Below are positions 50,293 to 63,584 of a stretch of DNA of 64,000 bases, piece by piece; within the stretch, counting starts at the first letter, position 1, and every line of letters begins with the position of its first letter. The DNA comes from Octopus sinensis. Lineage: Eukaryota. A program made the translations under genes and the position numbers. The stretch lies in contig NC_043003.1 of assembly GCF_006345805.1 (NCBI RefSeq), forward strand, positions 24,986,001-25,050,000, read 5' to 3'. The notes under the pieces are model-generated. The model searched no databases. It saw nothing but the letters and a program-made list of their open reading frames with translations, and was not told where the DNA came from.

Positions 50293-50320
50293 AGCATGCA
50301 TGCATACAAACACATGTGCA
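49810..50320. repeat. (TACA)n/(TGCA) array with an internal duplication of about 45 bp
   Basis: TATATACAGACAGTCATATACACATTCA occurs twice. Confidence 0.9.
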
Positions 50321-50424
50321 TATAGAATTTATTTAAACCAATTCAAGAACCTATATTCTAGGGTTTACTGGACGTGTAATCTATGAGCCAGACTGGATTT
50401 ACTTGTAAGCGATCCCTTTTGTTG

Positions 50425-50470
50425 CTGTCTGAGGAACCGACATCACGCTGGAGAAACTGTAGAGTAACAG
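50425..50470 (+). ncRNA. Minimal type I hammerhead motif
   Basis: CTGT-CTGAGGA-A-CCG[ACATCACGC]TGG-A-GAAA-CT[GTAG]AGT-A-ACAG: intact core, 4-bp stem I, 3-bp stem III, weak stem II, GUA triplet. Confidence 0.65.
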
Positions 50471-50559
50471 GCTACTGAATCAACGCAAATAAACTATTAC
50501 ACTCGACCGAGATACTGAATACTTTTTCTCTCCTCTGCTACAACCAATGTATGCACGAG

Positions 50560-50716
50560 GCCATATATCTGTCCAAAAATCAAATCCCACTTTAAAGGAA
50601 CAAGATTTCAAGACAGCGAGGAAATCCAAGAGAATGCAACGAGGCTGCTGCTCGTTATCCTCAAAGAAAGAGTTCCATGAATGCTTTCATGAATGGAAAC
50701 GACGCTGGATAAAGAT
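50560..50716 (+). pseudogene. Mariner transposase C-terminal remnant
   Basis: Frameshifted PKIKSHFKGTRFQDSEEIQENATRLLL..KKEFHECFHEWKRRWIK, typical of mariner C-termini. Confidence 0.75.
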
Positions 50717-51058
50717 AACCCTAACCATAAAGCCCTAACTCTAACACCCTAACCCTAAAACCAGTACAAACGCACGAACGATGTCATAAATAACAGTGAC
50801 AAACGAAATGTACCCCGCCGATAGTTGTTGTTGACAAACAACGGCAAGTAATTTTATTCAGCTGAGTACACGTCATTGATTGGTTGAAATTACCGAAATA
50901 CGACAACTTTAACAAAAAATAACTTCCAAAATATAGAATTTTCTCAACAACGCCAAGAGTGAAAGATGTTTTATATGACACATTCAACAAGTATACGAAG
51001 TTTGAAAGTATTTAGTGACAAAAAATTATTTTTTAAATCTGTCGGTCAAAAGGTAAGA
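50717..51058. repeat. Interspersed repeat beginning with degenerate (CCCTAA)n
   Basis: AACCCTAACCATAAAGCCCTAACTCTAACACCCTAACCCTAA at 50717-50760; extent of the remainder is uncertain. Confidence 0.35.
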
Positions 51059-51904
51059 TCCAACTTCGCTAATAACTAGACAAATGTTGATTAAAAAAAA
51101 AAAGAAAAGAAAACGGTGATTTTAACTAACAGCATTCAATTATTAAATATACGTATTTGGAATGAATAAATAAAATTGAATATTAAACATTAATGGAAAT
51201 TTTATTTACTCTCGGGTGACTTTTGGCCAAACCTGTACATTGATGTTAATGCGTGTGATTTGAAGATGTAGCTGATATTTGTTCTACCAGTTCGCCGCCT
51301 TACAATGAATACCAATATTCAAAAAATAAAATGGAAAATAAATTAAATAAAATTTGATAAAACAAATTTTTCATTTGCATATCTCTTTGCATATTCTCTA
51401 TCATTTATTCCCCCTCTTCCTTTCCGTGCCGCCAAGCCTAGTACATACATTCATTCTGCATCTCTTTATGGTAATTCTCGATGTATCTCTGTTTCACTTT
51501 CCTTCTCTCTCTGTCTCTGTCTCTCTCTTCTCCTCTCTCTCTCTCGCCCTCATTTTATACTAGGCAAGGGAAGCCTTCCTTTGAGAAGTGAGTGGCATGA
51601 GAGATGGATCATCATCAAGCGGCTCGCACTACTGGAAAAAGATTCAAGGTAATTTTTCCGTTGGTGTGCCATTCAGAAAGTCCTGTGGGTCGTAGTTTGC
51701 AGAGACTCCATCATTACGATGTAAGGAGTGACTGGTGAATTCAGCAAAATATTTATTTATATTGGGTATTAACATGTCTGTCAGCCTGTCATTTTCTCTC
51801 TCTCTCTGTCTCTCCCTTTTTCCCTCTATTTCCCTCTCTCTCTCTCTCTCTGTACACACACCCACACAGTCGCACGCGCGCATACATACATGCACACACA
51901 TATA

Positions 51905-51960
51905 TTTAGATAGATAGATAGATTGTTAGAGAGATAGACAGACATGCAGACAGACAAATC

Positions 51961-52015
<55 letters not shown>

Positions 52016-52118
52016 GGACACACAGGCAGACAGACAGATAGATAAGCAGACAGATTGACAGACAGACAGATAGATAGATAGATACATACATACATACATA
52101 AACAGACAGATAGATAGG

Positions 52119-52154
<36 letters not shown>

Positions 52155-52198
52155 TAGACAGACAGATAGATAGATAGATAGGTAGATAGATAGATAGG

Positions 52199-52262
<64 letters not shown>

Positions 52263-52272
52263 AAGAAAGATA
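51905..52272. repeat. (GATA)n/(GACA)n array
   Basis: Direct reading. Confidence 0.95.
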
Positions 52273-53708
52273 GATATAGTATATTTTGTGTGTACATATA
52301 GATACACGACAGCTACTGTTGTGTGTAGAGCTCCACGTACATTATTATCATCCAGTCTGCTTCCAGCATAGCGGTTAGTTATGATATGCAGAGCAAATGT
52401 CGGAGAAATTACGATAAACACAATTTTATATCATTTGTCTCTACGTCCGTTTAACCACTGTGGTTCGTTGGTATGTTGTATTGGATGTTGCGGCTGCAAT
52501 TGGATAATTCACCACAACGTATCATCGGAGGACACTTTATTACATTATATTACAGAGAACTAAAAGTCTCTTTACGTAAACTTGTGCTTATCGTAAATTT
52601 TCACGCATGTGTGTGAGCGTGCGTGCGTGCGTGTGTGTGTACAAGAAAAGGTGCAAAACAACTCATACAGAAAAGAATGAAATGTAAATTAATTGAAACT
52701 AAACCTTATCAAGCAACGATCTTGATTTTACGATTCACCGGCAATAAAAGTCATTCAAGCACTTTTGTATTTGTAGAAGAAATATATAAACGATAAATGA
52801 ATTAATACAAACTGAATAAAACATGTTGACAATCCACATTAACATTACAGAACCATACATTATTATTATACAATAAATTTGCCCGCTTGGAAAATTACGA
52901 TTTTTGACGATAAAAATGTTGAATGTGATGTGTATGCTAACAAATGAATTTTTGATGCATTTCGAGCGCAAATAATTATGCTACTAAGCTGCTTAGCGTT
53001 CAACCTTTAAGCATTTAAAGATATCTCAGCAAATATTTTGATTCCTGGTGGCAAAGATACATGGTGTTTAAAACAAAATATCCACTTTTTTTTTCAGAAA
53101 GACAAACATCACAGCTTCTGTTACCTTATTTACAAGGTTTGGCCTTATCTAATCTTTACCAAATGATTTTATAGCTCAATCTATTATCATTTCTTCAAAA
53201 TCAGATTTACTTCTACAAACTTGAATCTAAAGGTCTTTCAGGTTTTCTAAGAGAATGTTGATGGTGACTGAATCTTAATTTAAAAGGATTTGCGGTGAAA
53301 CCGATATGGTCTTTAGAAGTAATTTCGTAAATAATTTCGCACATTAGACTATCAATTTCCAAGCGTATAAATTAGCTTATGGACAATTTACGGGAGTGAA
53401 TTAGTTGCAGAAATGGGAAAACTTGTAGAAAAAGATGCCCGTTTAAGATTTTCACTTTAGCATTTTTCTTACCCTGGTTCACAAATGTAGGCATAGGGTC
53501 GTATCCTACACCTGACAGATAATTTTAGGTGCTGATATAGATGTGTGGTTAAGAAGCTCGTTTAGCAACCACGTGATTTCGCCTTCAGTCCCATTGCGTG
53601 GCATTTATGGTAAATGTCTATTATTATAGCACCAGGTCGACAAATGCCTTGGGAGTGAATTTGGAAGATGGAAACTGGGCGGAAACTCGCTGTATATATA
53701 TATATATC

Positions 53709-53749
<41 letters not shown>

Positions 53750-53752
<3 letters not shown>

Positions 53753-54048
53753 CTCAGTGGTTAGAGCGTCGAGCTTACGTTCGTGAGGTTGTGAGTTCGA
53801 ATCCCGGACCGGGCTGCGTGTTGTGTTCACGTTGCTCCAGTTCACTCAGCTGTAGAAATGAGTTGCGACGTTACAGGTGCCAAGCTGTATCGGCCTTTCT
53901 CTTGGATAACACTGGTGGCGTGGAGAGGGGAGGCCGGTATGCATAGGCGACTGCTGGTCTTCCATAAACAACCTTGCCTGGACTTGTGCCTGGGATGGTA
54001 ACTTTCTAGGTGCAATCCCACGGTCAGTCATGACCAAAGGGGGTCTCA
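53750..54048 (+). mobile_element. SINE family D, copy 2
   Basis: Near-identical to 23290-23628 with a short CORE deletion. Confidence 0.85.
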
Positions 54049-54051
54049 GCA

Positions 54052-54089
<38 letters not shown>

Positions 54090-54113
54090 GCACACACATA
54101 CACATACATACAC

Positions 54114-54144
<31 letters not shown>

Positions 54145-54755
54145 TGTATGTATGTATGTATGTATGTATGTTGTATGTATGTGGATGTGTTTGTGTTTGT
54201 TTCCCCAACACGTGACAAACAATGTTGGTTTGTTTACGTCCCTGTAACTTAGCGGTTCGGCAAGACCAACCGATAGAATAAGTGCTATTCTTTTTTAAAA
54301 AATCGGCTAAACCTTTCAAAGTGGTACTTTTTCTTTTTCTTCTTTTTTTTCTTTTTTACTATCAACTGTTGCTAAGCAACGCCTGAGCTGCTTGGAGACC
54401 ATAATTGTAAGCATTAGGGATTAAACCAAACTTGTTTAAAAAATATTATCTCCTCAGAATGCCAACGTCGTTGTCAAGTCTCTCTCCACCCCACCTCTCT
54501 CTCCCTCCCTCCCTCCCTCTCTCCCTCCCTCACTTCCTCTGTTTCTTTCTTTCTCTTAGTACTCAGTCACTGACCTCTCGACAGATTGATGACAGCTTGA
54601 GAATTTATTTAGAGAAACCTCTATCTGTAGACAGGGGTTTGTCCAGGTCACATATGTGCTCAGAATATGGAATTGTTTTCTGTTTGGGGTAGAGTAGAAA
54701 CATTTCATTGCAGACCTTTTTGTAATGGAAGTCATAGAATTGTGAGTGTGTGTGT

Positions 54756-54797
<42 letters not shown>

Positions 54798-54993
54798 ATG
54801 TATATATGTATGTGTGTGTGTGTGTGTGTGCATACGTGCGCATGTATAAATACAGATAATCAAATAAATATTTTAATAGATTAATATATTTACTTGCGCT
54901 TGACAGTGTATGTGTGTGTGTGTGTGTGTGGTGTGTGTGTGTGTCTGTTTGTGTTGTGTGTGTGTGTGTGTGTGTGTGCGTGCGTGCGTGCGT

Positions 54994-55055
<62 letters not shown>

Positions 55056-55211
55056 TGTGCGTGTGTTTGAGTGCAGGAGAGGAACCCAATCAACTCAATT
55101 ATATTTTAATTACTATTTATTTAAGAATAAATTGTCGGCAAATCTGTCTTGACTTTCAGATCAAATAGGTTGAAAAAGATTCACGTACCTCCACCCTCCT
55201 TCTCTCTCTCG

Positions 55212-55243
<32 letters not shown>

Positions 55244-55256
55244 TTCTCTCTCTCTC

Positions 55257-55307
<51 letters not shown>

Positions 55308-55784
55308 TTCTCTCTCTCTCTCTTTCTCTCTTTCACTCTCTCTTTCTCTCTCTTGCTCAATCGATCTCTAGTGATCATTATTGCCCTTCCTATTTATCCT
55401 ATTTATTTAACCCCAGGCTCCAGACATCCCTTTGCTGGCCTATAAATATCCATGACATTAAAATTATCCTCTGTTTTTTTCTTTCCTTTCTTCCCCTCAC
55501 CCTTTCTTTTATTGGCGTTCATATTTTTTTATCTTTCATATTTCATAGCGAAAGTGAGATCGATCGTGTTTACCTTGTCTTTCAGATAGCTGTGTGGACA
55601 GAACAGGATCTACTTGTTCAAATCACATTCTACTTGTTCAGATCTCGTTCAGATCACATTCGGTTAAAATAGCGCTTTCTACGTGGTTTTGTTCTAAAGG
55701 AGAGATCACCTGTACTAAGTCATCTTTTTCACATCTATTTTTTAAAAATATTTTATCTTTTACTTGTTTTACTCATTACTCTAC

Positions 55785-56131
55785 GGCCATGCTGGGGCAA
55801 TCGCCTTGAAGAATTTTTACTAGAAAGAAATCTACCTCAACGTTTTTTTAAAAGCCTGGTTCTTATTCTATCTACTAAGTTACGGGGTCGTAAACACACC
55901 TACACCGATTGTCAAGCGGTAATGAAGGACAAATATACACATATGCACAAAACACACACACACACACACACACATATAACACCGGCTTCTTTTAGTCCCC
56001 ATCTACCAAATCCATTCACAAGGCTTTGGTCGGCCCAGGCTACAGTAGAAGACACTTACCCAAGGTACTAGGCAGTGGAGCTGAACCCGGAACCATCTGG
56101 TTGAGAAGCAAGCTCCTTACCACACAGCCAC
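55785..56131 (-). mobile_element. Composite SINE family B (diverged)
   Basis: Reverse-complement tail, (CA)n and head. Confidence 0.75.
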
Positions 56132-56179
56132 GCTTCCTTAAAATTTTGATGAGCAAGAACAGGTCTTTTATCAAGTCAC

Positions 56180-56530
56180 AAAGTTCTTTTTCCCTGACTC
56201 CTAAACAATGCCCAGGTTTTAGCACCATACCAGAGGATGGACAGGACGGCTACTCTCGAGATCTTGCACTCAATTCTGGTGAAAACATTATGTATGGTCC
56301 TTGGCAGTAGCCAAGAATAGTCATTCAAATACCATGTTGGCCTATTCCATCTTATTTTGTCACTTAATATCAATAAACCCATCTTTCGATATTGTAATGC
56401 CAAGATATTTATAAAGTCTTGCACGGTTTTCAGATTAAGGCTATCGACTCTGAAACTTTGTTGACATAGAAATTGACACCTCTGTCTTCTTGATGTTTAT
56501 CTTGAGAGCATTTATTTTGTTCCTGTCCTG
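56180..56530 (-). mobile_element. Decayed RTE-type RT C-terminal fragment
   Basis: TVQDFI.LG-like and KISRVAVLSILWYGAKTWAL (compare RTE VLSxLLYGxETW). Confidence 0.6.
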
Positions 56531-56780
56531 GGCATAACCAATTTATTCCACACGTGCGTGCGCACACACACACACACGCGCACACAGACATACACACAAA
56601 CAAACAAACAAACAAGCAAACAAAGAGAGAGAGAGAGAGAGAGAAAGGGACTTGCATTCTCTCTATAATATATATATATACATATATATACATATATGTA
56701 TACATGTATATATCTATATATACATATATGTATATATATACATACATATATAACTATCGTTACATATATACATGAATATC

Positions 56781-56814
<34 letters not shown>

Positions 56815-57092
56815 TGTGTGCGTGTGTGCATAAAGGTATATGTATATATGTATTCTTTTAGTCATTGAACTGTGGTCATGCTGGGACATAGCCTTGAAGA
56901 ATTGTATATATATATATATTTATATATATATATACACACACACACACAATATATATATGTGTGTGTGTATGTGTGGTGTATGCGTGTGTATGTAGTGTAT
57001 GTATATATGTTTATATATATATGTATGTATGTATATATGTTTATATATATATGTAATATATATTATATATATATATATATATATTATTAATA

Positions 57093-57129
<37 letters not shown>

Positions 57130-57437
57130 TATATAAAATAATGATATGTGTGTGTGTGTTTTGTAGGTATATGCAAAGAAAGATAGAAAGAGAGAGAGAG
57201 AGAGAGAGCGAGAGAGAAAAGGGGGGGAGAGAAAAGAAAGAGGAACAAAAGAAACCATCTTCCTAGTCATGATATAAATATATATATATATATATAATAT
57301 ATATAATATTATATTATACTATATCATATTAATATATTTTATTATTTATATATTATATTATATATTATATTATATTATATTATATTAAATATATATTTAT
57401 ATATATATATAATATATATATATTATATAATATATAT

Positions 57438-57469
<32 letters not shown>

Positions 57470-57958
57470 AAATATATAAAAAAAAACGTGGTCGTTATTA
57501 TATCAGCATATAACTTCTTCTTCCGTTATCTCCGAGAAAAGAAAAAACGGCATTAATTTCTTTACATGTTCATTGGCTTAACCGTGATCATCACAGGAGG
57601 TCCTGTATGTTGATTCACTGTCACAGCTGTCTGTGTCGTTAGCGTTATCGATTTTAAATCTTGCTGCTGCTACGGCTACTGCTGCTGTCACTGAATGTTG
57701 TTAGTGGTGCTGCTGTTGCTGCTGTTGTTATTGCTGCTGATAATACTACTGTTGTTGCTGTTACTGAATCTTCTGGAAGTGCGGCTGATGGTTGTACTTC
57801 TAATACAAAGCGGTAAAACAAAATTTGCACAGAAAAGATGAACGTCTTTGCTACCGAAGTGAATACGACTGAGCACGAGCAAAAAATATTTTTTACTCGT
57901 TTCAGTCATTGGACAGCGGTCATATGGGGCGCCGCTTTGAAGTTATTCAGTCGTTCGA

Positions 57959-58375
57959 AAGGCGGCGAGCTGGCAGACACGTTAGCGCGCCGGGCGAAAT
58001 GCTTAACAGTATTTCGTCTGTCGTTACGTTCTGAGTTCAAATTCCGCCGAGGTCGACTTTGCCTTTCATCCTTTCGGGGTCGATAAATAAAGTACCAGTT
58101 ACGCACTGGAGTCAATGTAATAGACTTAATCCGTTTGTCTGTCCTTGTTTGTCCTCTCTGTGTTTAGCCCCTTGTGGGTTGTAAAGAAATAGGTATTTCG
58201 TCTGCCGTTACGTTCTGAGTTCAAATTCTGCCGAGGTCGACTTTGCCTTTCATCCTTTCGGGGTCAATAAATAAAGTACCAGTTTCGCACTGGGGTCGAT
58301 GTAATCGACTTAATCCCTTTGTCTGTCCTTGTTTGTACCCTCTATGTTTAGCTCCTTGTGGGCAATAAAGAAATA
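57959..58375 (+). mobile_element. SINE family A dimer
   Basis: Head plus two near-identical bodies. Confidence 0.9.
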
Positions 58376-59214
58376 TATATTCAGTCTTCGACATTTCTTC
58401 TAAGTTTGGTATTTACTCTATTGTAGAGCTCTTTTTCGCTGAACCGCTAAGCTATGGGGATGTAAAGAAACCAGTACCGGTTATCAGTGGTGGTGGTGGT
58501 GGTGGCGATGGTGGAAGAACAAATATAAAGACATGCACGCACACACATATCTATGACGGGCTTCCATATAGTTTCCGTCTACCAAATTTAGTCACAAAGC
58601 ATTGGTCGGTCTGGGGGGGGGGCTATAGTAAAAAACACTTGAAGAAGAAGAAGCAGAAGAAGAAGAAGAAGAAGAAGAAGAAGTGTGCCCAAAACTAGTA
58701 CTCTATAAATTGACCCTGAAGGAGTAAAAGGAAAAGACGACTCCAGTGGGATTTGAACTAACAGCATAGAGAACCGAAGCAAATTGTATTGGACATTCTA
58801 ACAACTTTGTCAGTTCACCACCGCCAACGCCAGTACTATGCTGCAGGGAAATGGTGACCTCTCAAGTTACGGTTGATTAAATTCAGTCGCTAACGCATTT
58901 GGAAGAGAGCAGAGATAAGATTTAAACCTTAGAGCTAAGCACCAACGCAATCTAGACAAACATAAAATAGACAGACATATGCTCACACCAAATAGCCACA
59001 ACACCGTTAATAAACTCTTTATGTCTCATCTTAACGCCACCCAGAAACATTGCGCTCGGATTCACACTAGTAATATTAAGTGCAGAAGAACATCTGTCGC
59101 CCTCCAGCTGAGTTCTTCATTCTTGGCACTACTGTTAACACAACCAGAGTTTAATTTGGAGACAATCACGAACGGACAGGACAGTGATTCAAAAGGTTTA
59201 TATATATAATAGTT

Positions 59215-59392
59215 GCAGGCGTGGTTGTATTTTAAGAAGCTTGCTTTCCAACTACAAGGTTCGGCGCTCAGTGCCACTGACGTCGTTCCTTGGGCAAGTG
59301 TCTTCCACTATAGCCTCTGGCCGACCAAAGCCTTGTGAGTGGATTTGGTAGATGGAAAGTGAAAGTAGCCTGTCGTATATATGTATATTATA

Positions 59393-59423
<31 letters not shown>

Positions 59424-59708
59424 AATTAATTCGAGGAAGTCATATCCTCATTAGGGATTATATAATCCAAGCTATTCCACTGGTTTATCATATAATGTGA
59501 AAGTCATTGGTATGTGTTCGGGCTTATTGAAATTACAAATATTGGGGTGGGGGGAAACAAGAAGAAAATGGAGAAAAATGGGTGTAATTAAATATCTATT
59601 TGTATGTTACAAAATGGCGATAGTTTTTGAAAAAATAAAATATCATCTTTTTGTAACATACAAATAAATAATTAATTATATCCATTCTTCTCCATCTTCT
59701 TGTTTCCC

Positions 59709-59770
<62 letters not shown>

Positions 59771-60070
59771 ATATATATATGTGTGTGTTGTGTGTGTGTG
59801 TGGTGTGTGGTGTGTGTATGTATATGTATATGTATGCATGCATATATTTGTATGTGTGTGGCTGTGTTTGTTTCCCCACCATCAGTTGACAGCTGATGCT
59901 GGTTGGTTTAGGACCCCGTAATATATAGATGTTCGGCAAAGGAGACGATAGAATAAGTACTAGGCTTACAAAAATTAGTCCTGGGGGCGATTTCATCGAC
60001 TAAACTCCTTTAAGGTGGTGCTCCAGCATGGCTGCAGTCAAATGACTGAAACTAGTAAAAGAATAAAAGA
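59215..60070 (+). mobile_element. SINE family B head (about 59215-59378) and separate tail module (about 59865-60070)
   Basis: Family B similarity. Confidence 0.7.
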
Positions 60071-60072
60071 AT

Positions 60073-60108
<36 letters not shown>

Positions 60109-60226
60109 GTATATATATATATGTGTATATATATATGTGTATATATATATATATTATATATAGAGAGAGAGAGGAGAGAGTGAGAGAGAGTGAGAGAGAG
60201 AGATAGAGGGAGAGAGAGGGAGAGAG

Positions 60227-60266
60227 AACTGTTACTCAGTTTCGCGTTCCCGTTCGTCGGACAGTT
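60227..60266 (-). ncRNA. Hammerhead-like motif with variant core CCGACGA (copy 2)
   Basis: Minus strand: AACTGT-CCGACGA-A-CG[GGAA]CG-C-GAAA-CTGAGT-A-ACAGTT; perfect 6-bp stem I. Confidence 0.6.
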
Positions 60267-60420
60267 TGTGATGTAAACTCTGAATAACAGTGCTGTGATA
60301 ATTTTGCAGGTCTAGTAAAAAGCATATTACTCTACCTTTGGTATTCGAGTACTATTTTTTCCACCTTGTTTTGCACTTATGTGCTCAACTGTGTGTGTGT
60401 GTGTGTCTGTGTGTTGAGAG

Positions 60421-60458
<38 letters not shown>

Positions 60459-60480
60459 TGTGTGTGTGTATTCATTTACA

Positions 60481-60808
60481 AACAAGCAAATTACCAAGTT
60501 AGAAAATCTCTATCAGAGAAATTCCCCATCAGAGCAGTAACTATACTGAGAAGTAATATTTATCGCCACTTTAACATGGCTATTTCGCAGGAACCGACAT
60601 TACTGTTATTTTTAATCCTAGGAAGACGCCTCATCCAGCTCGTTATTCGATGCAATTTGCACCCGATATATATTGCAAGCAGGGGAGTGAACCCGTACCA
60701 TCTTCTAGCCACGAGACTACCAGACTGTACGGTTTCGACCTCTTTGTAGTCATCCGCGATGGTGAGCACTCGCTCGCAATGTATAGAAAACTAGCTAATT
60801 TGCTTGTT
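60481..60808 (-). mobile_element. Short element with 20-bp inverted ends and a decayed hammerhead (60719-60763)
   Basis: AACAAGCAAATTACCAAGTT versus reverse complement of AACTAGCTAATTTGCTTGTT (18/20); minus strand ACCA-TCGCGGA-T-GAC..GTC-GAAA-CCGTACAGT-C-TGGT. Confidence 0.5.
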
Positions 60809-60949
60809 GCAAGATCAATGATTGTGTGTCGCTTGGTTTTCTAAATATTCCGAGCTGGAGTGAACTACTACTGCTATCTCTAGCGGGCGAGTATGAAATT
60901 CTCTCAAGACTAGTTTTAGTTTCGGAGAAATGCCCGCACTTTGAAATCG

Positions 60950-61200
60950 CTCTTCTCATTTGAGCTCATTGTTAATTACACATATTGTAATTCCATATAT
61001 AATCTTCCATACCCTCTGCTACTTTCGCTACCTCTAGTGCGTCTCATTCATTAAGCATTGCATTAACCGCGTTATCCAATCCTTTCTCCCCCACACTCGC
61101 ACAGGACGTCATCCCTCTGGAATTCATTTCCCGCCCATATTTTGTCTCGAAGTCACCCATCTACAGATGCTCAAAACGAACATCAATCATTATTGATTTC
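60950..61200 (+). mobile_element. Decayed 3' end of a CR1/L2/Jockey-group LINE ORF2
   Basis: RTSSLWNSFPAHI followed, after a frameshift, by FCLEVTHLQMLKTNINHY*. Confidence 0.6.
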
Positions 61201-61765
61201 GAGTCAATCAGAGAGTGTGACCTGCAAGGTCAAGAATACTAACCCTTAATCTTCCTCAACTTCCTCTTCAACTTTCTCCTCGTCTTCTTCTTCCTGACTA
61301 AGACAAAATATATTCTTGAAGGATGGTTGAGACGTGGTTGGAGGAAATATAGAAAATGAACAAGAGGAAAGAAACAAATGTAGAAAGGAAGAAAAGAGAG
61401 AGTGAAAAATAATAAATAGAAAGAGGAAAAAGAAAAAGAAAGAGGCAGAAGAAAAAGGAAAAGGAAACAGGAAAAGACGACGGAAAAAGAGAAGAAAGGA
61501 ACCCCTCCCTTGAACGGGACGAGGTAGTTATATCCAAAATTCTGTTCGCCAAATTCCGTTGCGTGACTCACGATCCCGAATGAAAAAAGTATGAATATTG
61601 AACAATGACTTTGATGGATTCATTTTAATGTTTCATTATCAAACTCAGACACCATCCTAGCAGACTCATATTCTCATTTCACACTCCCACATCACCTTTT
61701 CATCTCAACCCCTTCTAAATTCATTATTCTTTTCTAATAATTTTAGTATTTTGCGGAGTGTGTTA

Positions 61766-61865
61766 NNNNNNNNNNNNNNNNNNNNNNNNNNNNNNNNNNN
61801 NNNNNNNNNNNNNNNNNNNNNNNNNNNNNNNNNNNNNNNNNNNNNNNNNNNNNNNNNNNNNNNNN
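61766..61865. other. Assembly gap (100 N)
   Basis: N run. Confidence 1.
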
Positions 61866-61920
61866 GACCAACGTGATATCTGCATCAGCTCTTTTCTTAT
61901 GCATTTCTTATGCTTCTCAT

Positions 61921-62780
61921 CAGGAGTCAATGTCGGCAGGAAATCAAAGACTGGAGTCCCTCAAATGGCCCGTTGCCTTCTTTGATACCTTTCCGGCAAC
62001 CTTAGGGTAGGTGGAGCTCTCCAGCCTTGTAAGACAATCCACATAGGAGAAGGTCACTGCAATGTAAAACCTACAGCTTGCTGGTCACCGCTGCCATGTC
62101 CGCACGCTGAGTCACTGTGATCAGACCTCCAAGTGTAAAGAGAGGGATCAGATTGCATAGACTGACTCTCACTTTAAAACTAAGCATAAGCGGGAAGAAA
62201 AGCTTTGCAGTGTCAAGGACCCTAAACTGCATCCGATAGTGAGACCCTGATTCGGAAGTTTCAGGGTTTTGAGCAGTATTGAACCACCTCCCAGCTATTA
62301 TTGTTCCACGGGCCAACTCTGACCCGGAGTAGTAACACCTGTCGGGGCCCCCCGCTGTGGGTTATTAGAATGTTATAGAAGAAACACCAAGCATAAACCA
62401 TCACTACTTTGTTAGGGAACTATCACTGTTTTGTTGGTAAAGGAAAAGGCTTAGAGGAGTCAACGTCGACAGGAAATCAAATCTTCGACTCCCTTAGGTT
62501 ATCCGTTACCCTCTTTGACACTCTTCCAACAAACAACTCAGGGTAGATGGAGCTCCAGCCCTGTAAGGCAGTTCACAAGAAGAAGGACACTCAAATGTAA
62601 AGCACACAGCTTGCTGGTCACCGCTGCCCTCTTTTCCCGCTGAGTCACTGTGGTCTGACCTCGAAGTGTAAAGAGGGGGATCAGGTTACATAGACTGGCC
62701 CTCACTGTAAAAATAAACATAGGCTGGCAGAAAAGTTCTTCAATATCAAGGATCAGTTTACATAACCACTTTAGGCTGTG
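61921..62780 (+). mobile_element. Two diverged direct copies of an RTE-like 5' UTR segment (period about 535 bp)
   Basis: GAGTCAA(T/C)GTCG(G/A)CAGGAAATCAAA...AGGGTAG(G/A)TGGAGCTC..CAGCC(T/C)TGTAAG..CAGCTTGCTGGTCACCGCTGCC..GCTGAGTCACTGTG at about 61922 and 62457; RTE assignment from recalled similarity. Confidence 0.55.
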
Positions 62781-62869
62781 CCACTCATCCTCGTGATCTT
62801 CGAACATGAAGGAACAGACATCATCATATTTTTAATATTCTGTAACTAGTCCAAAGACAATAGTTCCTA

Positions 62870-63085
62870 ATAAAGGCACAAGGCCAGTAATTTTGAGGGG
62901 AATGGTGTTAGTTTGTATCATCGACCCCAGTTCATGATTGGTATGTTATTTTATCGATGTCAGAAGAATGAATTATTAAAGTTGACCGACCTCGGCGAGA
63001 TTAGAACTCAGAACGTAAAAATCATTGAACGAATGTAGCAAGGTATATTTTTCCGACGCTCTTAACGATTCTGCCAACTTGTCAG
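62870..63085 (-). mobile_element. Decayed SINE family A variant
   Basis: CCTCGGCGAGATTAGAACTCAGAACGTAAA and ATCGACCCCAG match the family A reverse complement. Confidence 0.65.
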
Positions 63086-63242
63086 GTGATACTGATGTCT
63101 CTAGCTTTCCTTTGCGATGGAGAAACCTGACACGATTTATGTGACGAAAGGGAAGTGGAATTATTTTACTAAGTTACGTTTTTTAAAATTTTATGTGGTG
63201 TAAATTATGTCCAATAATAGCGATGGAGGAGAGAGAGAAAGT

Positions 63243-63276
<34 letters not shown>

Positions 63277-63547
63277 CAGAGAGACAGACAGACAGAAAGA
63301 CTGGCAGACAAACAGAGTGTGTATGTGTGTGTGTGTATGTATTTGATAGAGTGGGAAGTGAGAAAGAGACAGGCAGACTGACAAACAGACGGACAATTAG
63401 ACAACAAACAGAGACAGAAAGAGATACAAAGACAGTCAGAGAGAAAGAAAAACAGAAAGATAGACAGACAGATAGAAAGAAAGATAGACAGACAGACAGA
63501 TAGATAGATAAATAGACAGATAAATTGATAGATAGATAGATAGATAG

Positions 63548-63584
<37 letters not shown>

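Noticed and set aside
53473-53511. 39-bp minus-strand exon-like segment (CAG|..CCAGG|GTAAG; reads VGYDPMPTFVNQ or CRIRPYAYICEP)
   Set aside because: Weak polypyrimidine tract, two open frames, no supporting neighbouring exons; insufficient without RNA data.
61890-61930. Minus-strand CTGATGA..GAAATGCATA
   Set aside because: No stem II and stem I mismatched at the first pair.
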